In this document: one piece after another, positions 10,700-23,004 of the stretch
How the letters are laid out: each line of letters begins with the position of its first letter
Position numbering within the stretch: the stretch's first letter is position 1
Assembly (NCBI GenBank): GCA_905331295.1
Contig: CAJNYD010000003.1
Coordinates: 124,001-153,225, forward strand
Source of the DNA: Rotaria socialis
Lineage: Eukaryota
Direction of reading: 5' to 3'
Length of the DNA stretch: 29,225 nucleotides
Translations under genes and position numbers: made by a program
The notes under the pieces: model-generated
Databases searched by the model: none
What the model saw: the letters and a program-made list of their open reading frames with translations, nothing else
What the model was told of the DNA's origin: nothing

Positions 10700-13600
10700 T
10701 CATGGTTCAGAGTTTGTTTTGGTAACTTCTTCTGAAGGATAGGAAAGCGCGCATAATGAAGTACTTATTTTCATTCTGGAATTATGTGGGAATAATGAAC
10801 TACCAGTTAGTAGAGCAGCTTCAGCAGCCTTCATCCATTGTTGTAATTTATATTGAACCCTCTCGAATCGATTATAATATTTTTCAAGACATTTTTGCAG
10901 TTCCTAGAAAATGATAGTATTTTTTTAAGTTTAAAAGACAAAAAAGAACGTGAATATCTAACGTTACTTACCATGCATTTGTACTCTTCAATTTCATTGA
11001 GATTTGTTTTTAAATTTCTTGTAAGTATATCTTTTACTTCTTCATGCATTAATTCAAGCTTAATCAAAACAAATTGAATTTATTTATAGTAGCTTCTAAA
11101 TTTAATCAATTCGGTTTATTTTCAATTTCCTTTGCTAATGTAAACGCAAATCAAAACAAAAACGTAAATAGTGACTTTAGTACAATATTTCATTTCCGCC
11201 TAGAGTATTTAAAGATGATAGTCAAAGTTAGGTGCATACTCAAATGTTTCTGTAATATCAAAGGGATAGCTAAAATATCTTACAATGATTTGAGTATTTG
11301 TTGGTACATAATTCTGCCGATTACAAGAAGTAAATCAAGCAAAACCATACTGAAAAATTCAAGCACTAAAGAAAAGTATATGAGAATATTCTTTTTGAAT
11401 AATTCGATTTTGAACGTTTCATGTTGACAATAAAGAGCCGAAAGAATGCTCTCGTTGATGCATTTAATAGAAAAATGATCTTTGTCTTCTTTTCAGAGTT
11501 TCTACTTAGAATTCTATTTAAATTACTCTGAGCAATAGCGAGAACAAATATTTTCAACATGAGAAAGAAAGGTACCCGAATGTTTTTTCATTTTTTATGG
11601 CATAAAAAATAGACATCTTAGAAAAATTGAAAATATTTCATATTGTAGCGATGTCATAACTATCTTAGTCTTAGTTATTATAACCAACTGATAATAAAGA
11701 ATTCTAGTAGTTGATAAATCTAATTTGGGATTTTTCAGAAATACTATAAATTATTTTTGGTCTTTCAATATTCTAGCTAGAAGTCGAGTTCTCTGTCCAA
11801 AGTAGCAATAAGCTTTTTATAATCGATGACGAAAATAAATGAAACTCTACCAAAGAATCTAGTAGAATCATTTTAGGAATTTTATATCTATATATGTATT
11901 AAGGAAAAACAATGATGATAGTTTTACCTTTTGAATAAGGCATGCGCTAGCTTTGGAATTTGATTGAACACTTTCTCCTTTCAATTTTAAAACATTATCT
12001 CTAGAATAAAACAATTAACGGATTGATTGTTCGAATACAATGTTTGTCAACATACCGATTGTTTTCTGTTTTTTCAATCTCAATCTCTTCTTTCTTCATT
12101 TGTAATTTAACTTCTTCATTTACACGATTTTTTTCTCTAATAATCAAAATGATTGGTACTAGAAATAGTAATTTGATGTTTACACTTACTCTTGAAGAAT
12201 ATTATCAATTTGACGCATTTGTTTATTGTAATCAGCTTTTATTTTGCCATCTACTGCTTTATAATACTTAAAGAAACAATCAATTCGATGGAAAAACTTT
12301 CTAATAGATATTTAGATTTTTAGAAAATACCAACTTCATTGAAATTTTTACATTCTAATTCTTCTTGTAGATGAAATTTTGTTGAATAAAGTTCAAGTAA
12401 AGTTTCTTCAGATTCTTTAACATCCTTTGAAAAAAGATTACTTCAACTTAGAACGAATCAATTAATTTTATAAATTTGAGAATCACTTTTCCTTGAATAA
12501 CGCTTGCCGTTCGAGGTCTTTCCCCATGAGAATATGCTTGATCATGCTGAAGATTAAGACATTGTTGAAAACGAGCTTCTTGTTTTTCAATTTTCTGTAA
12601 TACGAGAATAAATTAAAGTATACATTATTTGAACACTATAAGAACTACAGATTACATTCACATGACTACTAAGGAAGACTTACAACTAGATAATTGCTTT
12701 ATAGTTAAAATTCAGTGCGTTCGACATACTCTGAGCAGCTACAAATAATCTAACAGAAATTTGGCTTTTTAATTCATGTCTATGAAGATCATGGATTTAT
12801 ATAGGATTTTGCATGTTGATGAGCTGGTCCCTCTACAGTATTGTAGTGATAATCTTTTTTTTTTAAATTCTCAATTTAACTTTTTACATGAACATAAACA
12901 TTTTCTGATTATTTAGCTGCAAAAAACCTCGGTGTTTCTCGTTGTGCCTATGTTAATGTACAGTTATGATACAATTCTGTCTTCTTTGTCGCTTATGTGC
13001 CTGAGTAGATTCGATGCTAATATTTCAGGATATGATTCAAGCAAAAGTTCAGAGCTTTTCATAAGAAACTTATAATTTTACATAACAATTCTGTGTACGA
13101 TTTCGAATTCAAATTCGGACAATCCATTTTCCTAACTTTCGGAGCTCAATCAGAACAATCGTGTAAACAGCATAATGAAAACGGTGTAATTCACTCTTTT
13201 TCTCGCACTTGAAATCGAAAACCGGCTACAAAGATGTCATAAAGCTTGTTAAACAATCAGGAATTTTCTCATTTCATTTTCCGAAAATCTACTCAATGTC
13301 TGGGGAGACTTCCATACTTGAAAACCAGTTCTTCAAACACAAAATGGTCTAACAGAAATATTTAAGTATATAGCTATATATTTAAAACTGTCCTTGTTCA
13401 CAAAAGTCAGTACACAATTCTAAAACATCAATCAGTAATACGTCTTTCTGTTTGTACTACATTTCCGGAAAATTCTACATATCAGTAGATAATTTCGTAA
13501 AATTTAATTTGATACAACATATCATTCTGACGAATTATGAAATGTTTAAATGAAATTTGATATCAATCGCCTATGACTATTCGAATATTTCTCTTCGAAA

Positions 13601-16600
13601 TCGGTGACAAAAAGTTTTAGTAAAAGAATTGAACCTTAAATAAATACCTTGTGAAAATCAACTGATACACGCCGTAATTTGCTTTCCATATTTCGATCCC
13701 CTTTGATAATTTCTTTTGTTAAAATATCATGTAATGAAAGTACTTTGCATAAAGTTTTTCTGTCATGCAATCTACTAGCAGGAACTAAATGTTTTTCATA
13801 CATTTTTGTTTCATTAGTTGAAATTTTTTCAGTTTGTTCTCTAAATATAACTGCTGATTCCATCGATGTTGAACTATGATTTCGTACTAATAGTGTCGGA
13901 ACGATATCCTCACAAGAAGTCTGTTTATTTAAATCTTGTTCTAATTTATTTTTATGTATAGGTTGATTCGTAAGTGGTTGAACAAGTTTCTTTGCAATTT
14001 CTTGATCTTCAGGTTTAATATGAATATTTATTCGAATAAATATGAATAAACTTGATGCATTAATAGGTATATTCATTTGATTTCGTAATACAACATAACG
14101 ATAGCCAGGTTGTATATGAGCAATAGGTATAAAGCTTTGTCCAATAAATGTTCCATCTTCACTTGAGACAGCAAAACGAAGTCCAGCCATGTCCGGTAAA
14201 CTAACGTTTGGAAATCTAATAGGGTATTTATTCGAATCGGTACTAGTATTATCATAAATAGCTTGAAAACCATTCCAGTGTTTCGAACGCACAAGAAATT
14301 CATGTCTTTTATTCATATCACCATACATTCCATACAGTTGAACATCAACAAAGGTTGGCTCACGATCTTGACACAAGAATTGACCAGATATAACTTTTAT
14401 GTCGATTTCATAACCAGCAACGTTTTCAACGTTCGTTCGAGCTTTTGGATCAAAAGAATTTTTTAACTGGCATAATGTTGGTGGTTTTTCTATATAACCA
14501 CAAGCGTTGTTGAATGAAAATAAACCTAAATTAAGTTGCATCGGCACATCTAAAAATAATCAATTTATTTAAGAAAAATTTCAATCACAGTTCAAATATA
14601 TTGATTTGAAATGTAATACTATAGTCTTACTATACTAATGGAGAATATGCTAAGCGAAAATTGTCGAACAGGCTATACTAGCTAGCCAACTTCAATCGTT
14701 ATACACTCATGATATCGACAGTAGATCTCAACGTATGATTAAATATTATTTTAATAAGCTCTGAAGCACTGGTATTAGTTATTTCCTAAAGTTACAATAA
14801 GATTGTTTTTATGCTGATCATATGGACTACTAGTAGATCAAGTTAATTCAATGTTGAACACATTTTATGGATGTTCTATTATACTTTAACTTTTACTGTG
14901 AATACAATTGAGTAATTTTCTTTTTGATTTCTAAAGATTTCTGTAAAAGAAGTTAGACATCGATTGTTCTCATTTTCATCAGAAGCATTGTTAATAATAA
15001 TTGATTATGTTGTCTAATTGTTTGCATGGAAAAATGTCAAAAAAAACTTACATTCACTAGATTTTTCTTTCAAAAAATATAATATGAATTCTACAAAAGT
15101 GAATTATTATAGATTTGTATGCTTTGTCTTACCTAATGTTTGATAATTCAATGCACACATTTGACATCCAACAAGCCAATACATATATGGATTATAATTG
15201 CTTGATTCTAAACGTGTACCACGTGGATATATTCGGCTTATTTGTCGTTGATTATAAGCAACAAATTCTTTTGCTTGTTCACGAATTAAACTTAACGCTC
15301 TATCTTCAGAAAATGATGACATTTCAAAGCTCTTACTAAGTTGTTCTGCTTTTGCAAAGCTTTTAAATGATACCGGTACTAGATAATGAACCAGGTCCGA
15401 CATAGCTTTTGTTGCCTTAGATTCACAAATGGTATCACCGTCGGATGGGGGATTTTCGCTTGAATTTTTTTCATTAACATCTGTACATTCTGCCAATTCA
15501 TCAGGATCATTATTAAGAAAACAATGACGAGGACTTGCATTCAGTAATTGTTGATGGCAGCGCAACTTACCTATATCACTACTTGTATCACTACTAGTAG
15601 TTGCTGATATTGCATCTGGTGTTTGATTACCTATTTGATGATTATTGTTATTGCTAACTGGTGAAGGTGAGTTGGTACTGATTTTTTTATTTTTAATTAA
15701 AATTTTATATTTCAAATCATTTGGACTTGGTAATGGATAGTTTCCATCACATGGATGAGTTTTAAGTGGTTCAGTTATAAGATTTTTACCGAATACATCA
15801 ACGAAGTATTGAGCCATTTTAGCTTGAGTTTTAGCACTAGATTTGAAGAATAGAATGACATGTGTTTTTGCTGTTTTTTTCACTTTGAAAATATTCGTTT
15901 ATCTAATTTACCTGCAATGATTCTCGATTGATAGTACTAATGGATATGGAGTCACTTTAAAAGCATATTCTTTAATAGCAACAATCACTTCAATAAAGAG
16001 TACAGGCTTAACCGGTGTATTTTTATGTTTTATTTCAGGTTCATCACTTTTCTTTTCCGAATCAAGTACATCCAATTCAATACATCGACATCCAGTTAAT
16101 AATACTTGTCGATACATCTCAATACTTGAACGTCCAGTCCATTGATACCCTTTTCAAAAAAAGAAAATTTCATTTTACTTATTGAAAATCATTAGATTTA
16201 CAAAAACAAATATGACAACTAACCTGTCAGGTATGTATTATGAGATGACGAAATAAAATAATGTGCTAAAGGTTTATCCATATTCATACAGAGATCGAAT
16301 TTTTTTGGATCAACAATTAAATTATCAAAGCTGAGTAAATATCGTAGAAATGATTCATTAGACATTCCTGTAAATATTTTTTAAAACAAAAAGAAAAAAG
16401 GATTCTCTAGTAAATGGATATAAATTGTTAATAGAACCTTTTTCTCTCTCATATTCGTCGTGTTCGGAATATTTTTTAATTACATCGTTTGCTTTTATTT
16501 CATAAAGATCCATTTCAGTTGCATCATTAAGTGTTTCTTTTTGCTTTTTCAAAAACACTTTCACGTTTTCCACATTAAGATACTGGCAATCTATTCCACC

Positions 16601-18576
16601 TCTATGATAAAAATGAAATTCTAAGTTCATACTATGCATGCATATCATTGATTTTCATATCTTTTAATATTATTTAAATTCTAGCAACTTTCCAATAATG
16701 TATTAAAAAATAATCTAATTTCATAATCGTTTTCGATTTTCATTTCTTTGAAAATGAATTTAAATCATAGAACATACTTCCTCTAAGTAAGATAAAACTA
16801 TGAATTTGCCATTCTTAATAAGCTAATTAACGTTTTTAATGATACTTCGGAACTCGAAAATCTATTTGATGAAAGTTAAAGAAATGTATTTTGTCTGTGT
16901 TTCTTAAAACTAGAAATAACAAGTTGATATATCATTATATTAATGAAATTATTATTTTTTTTAAATAAAGACGAAATGTATGTNCCCCCCCACCCCCCCC
17001 GATTGAAGTCAGATTCTCGAATTTAACTCACTATATCGTGTAAATTATAATGAAATAAGAGCATAGAAAAACTCAATTTAATTTTAAGAAACGTCTTGCT
17101 TTAAATAGTTATTTTTTCAGCCAATATCTTCATTCGTTCATTGGTGCTAGGGTAAATGATCGTCTGAATTTCAATTAGAAATTTCACATTGGTAACAGAT
17201 TATTATAAGAATAACTTATAATAAACGTTTTCGATAATTCGACTGTTCCTATCCTGGAAGAAGAACATTCAACTTGCTTGTATATATCATTGATATACAC
17301 GCTTCCTGAGAAGGATCATGACATAGACATAGAAGATTTCTTACAAATGTAGTATCTGAGTAGTGGTAATGCAAAATACAAAATAATTCATCTTTGTGCA
17401 TATAATACTGATTTAAAAAATTAGTATGACACTTGAGTGACTCTTGTGCTAAGTTTACATAGAAAAAAAAGACTTACATTGCATTGAATAACTTTTCAAT
17501 TTCATGACATTGAATCAAATTCATATATAAAGAAAAAAATTTATTGAAAGTAAATTCATTTGGATCAATCGTAGAATCCTAATGGATGAATTGTTGCAGA
17601 TAAATAAATTGCTTTGATAATGTTCTTTACACTTACGATTATATTTAATTTTAAAGATTCTAATCTCTGATGTATTTCTCTTACTTTAGATGAATCACGA
17701 TTATTTTTACATAAAAATTGAACTAAACTATGAAATATAAAAAGATGAAAAGAAGAAATAAATGAACGAAATTTAGAAGTAACATACTTTCGAACAGGAA
17801 TCTTTCTTTTATCTAAATCAATTAAACCATGAATGATCTTTGAATGAATTTTTTCAAGACAATCTAAACTGGATAAATTTCTCAAAATTTGATTGTGTCC
17901 CAATTGAAATAATTTTTCAGTCCATTCCTATTGAATAGAGAAATTATTTCAACTATAGAATATGATAGTTTTTTTTTTGTTAATATTTATAATACTCGAG
18001 CAAGACTTGGTGATTAAAAATAAAAATGAACTATTCGTAATTCAGAAGCAACAAATGTATTTCCATAATAAATTGTAAGCCATTTCGATGTAACTGGAAC
18101 ATCGAGTAGGCCAATATGATTTTGATCAAAATATTCTACACCACCCTGGTATTATTAATTTAGTCAAAGAGTTTTTTTTTAATTTCAAAACGAGTTTTTA
18201 TTTTACTTGAGGAAGGGAAACTTGTGAACCTGTACGTGTATCATGAATTAATGCAAGGTCAAAACATTCGACTTCCTTGAAGCAAAAAAACGTAATCATT
18301 AAGAAGAGTACTTTCTTTCCAGAAATTCATACAGACATACTTTTTTGACTCTATTCACGCATATTAGATAAAAACCTTTTGAATCTATAGATAAATTGAC
18401 GATGATTGGAACCTATGAAAAATGTATAGATTTCATCAATTCAAAATTTATTTAGTTACTGCTGGAGGCTTTTTTATCTCTTCACACCATTTCAATGCGA
18501 ATGTAGGCGTTTGTAAATGGACTGGAACTTCATTTAATTTATGTGAAAAAAGGCGGTTTGATACTCTGGCGGCCAT
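10700..18576 (-). CDS. PLCB: phosphoinositide phospholipase C beta-like (PH, EF, X, Y, C2, coiled-coil CTD), 19 exons, 1204 codons, with one in-frame TAA (possible null allele or young pseudogene)
   Basis: Exons 18576-18460, 18412-18341, 18275-18207, 18145-17996, 17927-17788, 17727-17637, 17578-17478, 16601-16438, 16367-16224, 16149-15912, 15836-15133, 14549-13648, 12594-12487, 12424-12335, 12266-12190, 12136-12056, 12000-11928, 11058-10972, 10903-10700. Motifs: DTRTG (PH); PLAHYFISSSHNTYLTG and GCRCIELD...YPLVLSIENHC (X); SRIYPRGTRLESSNY...GCQMCALNYQT (Y); VISGQFL...PGYRYV (C2). TAA at 18014-18016. Confidence 0.93.
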
Positions 18577-20344
18577 TTCCTATAAAAGTAAATGGAAGAA
18601 CAAAAAAGATACAAATAAAACAATGGCGATTATATTGTTGATTGTGATTGATGTTGCATATCTTTGTTGAAAAATAAAGTTATTGTTAAACCAGAAAAAA
18701 AAATTCTCAGAACTTATGCGCCAACGGGATATATTCGAAAGTATATTAGTATAGATTGGTAAGATGAATTTATAGTTCGAATAAGCCTATAAAAAGCAAT
18801 ATATCAAATATCGTTCTCAACGTGACGATTTTTTTTATTATAATTTCTATGCTGTTGCTGTTGTTGATAAAATGTTTGCTTTCTGTTTTTTTGTTTCGTT
18901 CTCCTGTATTATTCTTTTCGTACACGAACATACGAAAGACTGTTAATTCAAGACGACTGAATAAAATGAGAATGAAAATCGAAACTCTGTCAATCATACT
19001 CTGAAGAATTGTCCAATGGTTTATATCATAGATTCGATGGCGCTTTGAGTCGATTAATAAAACACGAAGGATACATTTCAAATAATTCTATTTTGATCTT
19101 TATTTCTTAATTAAACGTATGTTACTAATACAATAAATCAAAATTTCCTCAAAATATTGCAACATTTATTTGATGAAATTTCTCTAGCATAAAACTAGTA
19201 CTTTTCTTATCATTGATTGTATTCATGAAGAACTTTAGTAGATCTGACGCCTTTTCAATAGTAATCTCTGTTCGTATTTAAAATAGGATGAGGTATTAGA
19301 AACGTCAGTGCAACAATGTATGTCTATTTTACGAGAATAGCTTTCGTTAAGAAACAGATAGATAGACAGTTGCAACATCTATTATTCAACACACGATAAT
19401 CGAGAGAATTAGAAGGAGGAAGGGAAGATGTTTTTTTCAGTTCAGTAGTCAACTGACTTCATGAAAAGTGGACATGATAAAAGGCAAAGCTAGCGCATAT
19501 AATTTCATATCTTTATAGAATTAGTAATTGTACTGATACTATTAAGTTTTTATTTCAACTGAATTGAAATTAATGCATTCAAATTGCTTCGAAACAAAAA
19601 ATGAACAAGAACTATACATTTACGGAGATTAATAAATTTTGTTTCGAATTTATTTGCTAACTAGTATCAGATCAATTGATAGAAATCGGTGCTGTTAAGA
19701 AAGCGCATCTAACTTTATAACGATATAAAACCACCGGAGGCGTTAAATTTGCCTGATCCAGCGAAGATAATTCTTTTTATCGATTTATCATATCCGAATT
19801 TTAAACCGATGGAAAAGTACCGCTCATCATGTTCACTTTTCAACATATCCAGTAACATTTCACTTAATCGGTTGATCAATGAGCTAAAAAAAACTCTTAA
19901 GTTCATCTTGTTCTCACTATTGTACTGTATTGAATAGCAGATATTACATCTATCTTTCTTTTTCCGAACGAAAGCTATTCATAGAGTAGCCATCATATTT
20001 CTCAGCAGACATTTTTCTGCTCGTATTTAACGAGCGCTAAAGATCAGAAATTTTCGTCTGACATCAGTTCAGTGAGTTTATTTTTGAGAACATATATTCC
20101 ATATGATAATTAATCGTTTGGTTTAACCATAGAATTATTTTTCTTAATCACGAAAATCAGAATTAGATTAAGTGAGTCAAATGATAATTGACAGCTCTGT
20201 CTTTCTTAATCCAAATAGTTTCTTGCTTGACTAATTGTCTTTTAACATATTGTTTTCATAAGAACTTCTGGCATCTGCTTCATAAAATAAACATTATTTT
20301 CTTTATATCTATCGATACTTTGCTGTCGACATAACTGGATAAGA

Positions 20345-20700
20345 ATTTTGGCGGACCTGCAATGTGTCTTACCAAGCGTGCTCGTAAATTAAATAGTTCT
20401 TTAGCCTGCCGGGGAAGTTTTAAACTTCCACAGGGGCCAACGACTATCTTCGTATAGTTGTTGGAGGCGACCCTGTGCTGCTGGTAGCCACTCGTCTGGT
20501 CATGAGACTAGCGACCTCTAGTTGGACATTAAACAATTATTGCTAACGAAAAGAAACATTATCGGTGCGTAAATGCACAAAATCATGTCTTTTTCGGTGG
20601 GTGGAACGTTAGATCGTGTGTGAAACAATCAAAGACGCTATCGTCATAATTGTTTCGAATGTATATATTGATATTGCGAGCTTTTGCTCTTCCTGGATGC
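20345..20700 (+). mobile_element. decayed 5' end of an APE-type non-LTR retrotransposon (RTE-like): structured leader plus endonuclease N-terminus
   Basis: 20581-20640 translates NHVFFGGWNVRSCVKQSKTL, resembling APE motif I GxWNVR[ST]. After a frameshift comes YIDIA (~20664-20678), resembling the xxDI motif. Preceded by a GC-richer ~180-bp segment with several hairpins. Confidence 0.6.
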
Positions 20701-21140
20701 ATGAAAAAGTTTTGAACAATATCATCTGAATGAACTCAAGTGAGCGACGTCTCTAGTCCAAATATTCCTCTAATAAGCTTTACTAGTAAATATGAGCATT
20801 TTCTTTTGCATTGTAGTCATTTCTGCATGCACTAATTTAATCCGTACATGTAACGTTTTTTCGAGTCGTAAGTTACGACTCGTAACGCGTCTCTGAGCGT
20901 TTGTGGATGATGACACTTCGCGCATCAGCACACATCTAGAATGTAACATTCTCAAGGCATCCAAAAGCAAATGCGTTTAAACTCATCTGGATACAAGATG
21001 CGTTAGAACGCATTTACTTTTTCTCCCAAAAAAATTAAAAATTATCATCACTCTGTGTCGAAATTGAGCCGATCCATCATATTAAACTATGGTGTCACAT
21101 CCAAATACCATGAACAACAGAGTGGTAATTTTTCCAACGA

Positions 21141-21217
21141 TTGCGCGAACCAAGATTTGAACCCATGACCAGTTGATTACAAGTCGAACATAACTTGCGC
21201 TGAGCCATACATTGCTG
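21141..21217 (-). pseudogene. tRNA-Thr(TGT)-derived sequence, probable SINE head or tRNA pseudogene
   Basis: On the minus strand: A-box-like TGGCTCAGCG (21207-21198), loop CTTGTAA with TGT at 21181-21179, variable GGTC, B-box GGTTCAAATC (21163-21154). The acceptor stem does not pair, so it is not a functional tRNA. Confidence 0.7.
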
Positions 21218-21529
21218 GATATTGTTATTATGTTCATGAATCATATGAATTAATCGTTGTACAGCGCCATCGATAAGTTTATGAATAGAACTGTCGACTT
21301 ATCTTGCTTTGTAAAATAAATATAGTTAAGATATTTCTTTTAATGAAATCAAGCTATGTCATTCTTTTTATCAATGAAACAACAGTGGAAAAAACTCAAA
21401 ATCTGGGTTACTGAAAAATTAAGAACAACAAATATATCTGCCTTTGAAGCCTATAAATGTACATTTACGCAGTATAATAATATTAATTAGCATTTTTCCC
21501 ATCAGTATAAGGACACTATAACAAGTATT

Positions 21530-21819
21530 TAATGCGGTCCTTCCCACTGCATTCGTGTAGTCGGGCGCAGGTTTTTTTTTCACTTTTTTACTTGACGCGT
21601 ACGCATCTAAAAAGTGATTTTTGTTGCGTGATGATCTCGAAATTCGAGAGTTATAGAAGATCCCTTGAAAATTCAGGAAAGAATTTTAAGATCGAACTTG
21701 ATATGTCTCTTTTCCACTTTTAAAGAATCCTAATTGGAACAGCGGAAATATGACTTCGCGTAACGCGCATTTGCTTCGCACCGCAACTTGTAGTCGAGTG
21801 AAACTCGAATACCATCTAG
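21530..21819 (+). mobile_element. non-autonomous Helitron-like element, copy 1 (short); 5' boundary uncertain
   Basis: 3' hairpin GTAGTCGAGT-GAA-ACTCGAATAC (21790-21812) followed by CAT-CTAG|T (CTAG 21816-21819). 21590-21715 is homologous to 22530-22650. Contains one array-like unit at 21530-21570. Confidence 0.6.
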
Positions 21820-21959
21820 TTTTTTTAAAGAAAATGAGAACGACATATCACCGCACATAAAATAAAAAATCGCGTCTGTGTATTTTTTCGTAGCCTTCAT
21901 ACTGTAATCTTGTAAATCATCCATCGAAAAAAGAATGAATGATCCTATACCATTAAGAA

Positions 21960-23004
21960 TTTTTTAAACTTACTTATCAATTTTTAATTGTTTAATCCGC
22001 TGCGGAACAGAAGCATTTATGTACTCCGTCGGCAGTTTTTTTAACTTTTAATTTTTAATGCGACACGACGCATAGAACTCAAGTGGTCCGTCGGGAGTTC
22101 TTTTTTAATTTTTAATTTTTTAATCGCATGCGACGTATAGAATTTATGTCGTCCATCGGGAGGTTATTTTTAACTTTTAATTTTTAATGCCTTGCGAAGC
22201 AGAAGCATTCATGTAGTCTCTCGCGGCTATTTTTTTAATGCGACGTGACGCATAGAATTTATGTGGTGCGTCGGGAGTTTTGTTTTAATTTTTAATTTTT
22301 TAATCCGATGCGAACGCGAAGCATTTATATGGTCCGTCGCGATTTTTTTAATGCGATGCGACATATAGAATTTATGTCGTCCATCGGGAGTTTTTTTTTT
22401 TTAATTTTAAATCCGATGCGAACCATAAGCATTTATGTAGTGCGCCGCGAGGTTTCTTTTAATTTCTAATATTTTTTGATGCGTCCGAAGGAGAAGCATA
22501 TATGTAATCCGTCGCGAGTTTCTTTTACGCAGTTGACGTTCGCATCACAAGTCGTCTTTTTTGTCACGATGATCTCGAGAGCCATAAACGATAGATAACT
22601 GATTGAAACTGGAAATGAGAGTACCAAGATCGAGTTTGATGTATCTTTTTTCTGATTTTAAATCGGACATTTCGATCGCCTACAAGTATCATTCCAAAAT
22701 GACTAAAATGATAGACATATGTTGTGAGATAATTAAAGTGACGTCATGCATACATGTTAGCCACTATAGCCTATTCATTTACAGCTGATCTAAGATAATG
22801 AATCATGGAGATAATTAATCGATCAATCGAAATCGATCTTTAAGAATGTATCGCTATGTAAGAATGGAGTTTTCTCAGTGATGAATTTCATTATGTTGAC
22901 ATAAAAAGCATTCAAGATTTCTCTGAATTGAAGATTTTTCGTGAATACCTGGTTCAAGCTTCGCATCGCATTTCGTATTCGAGTAAAACTTGAATACCAT
23001 CTAG
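21960..23004 (+). mobile_element. non-autonomous Helitron-like element, copy 2, with internal tandem array; 5' boundary uncertain
   Basis: 3' hairpin GTATTCGAGT-AAA-ACTTGAATAC (22975-22997) followed by CAT-CTAG|T (CTAG 23001-23004). The terminal ~48 bp closely match copy 1. Confidence 0.6.
21990..22527. repeat. tandem array of 9 diverged ~50-65-bp units (~42-bp core plus T-rich linker)
   Basis: Core is approximately TAATSCGATGCGA-(CGCATAGA or ANNGAAGC)-ATTTATGTRGTCCGTCGSGAG, separated by TTTTTAA-type runs. Confidence 0.9.

Noticed and set aside
12595..13647. Long PLC intron with transposon-like texture (also 11059-11927, 14550-15132, 16602-17477)
   Set aside because: Could not identify termini, TSDs or coding remnants.
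16984..17000. Poly-C run containing an N (G4-like on the minus strand)
   Set aside because: The ambiguous base indicates poor local sequence quality; homopolymer length is unreliable.
19715..19937. Short opposing ORFs
   Set aside because: No recognisable motif or supporting exon chain.
21141..21217. Functional tRNA-Thr gene
   Set aside because: The acceptor and D stems do not pair; kept only as a tRNA-derived element.
21990..22527. CRISPR-like array
   Set aside because: Linkers are low-complexity T-runs rather than unique spacers, repeats are diverged, there are no cas genes and the context is eukaryotic.
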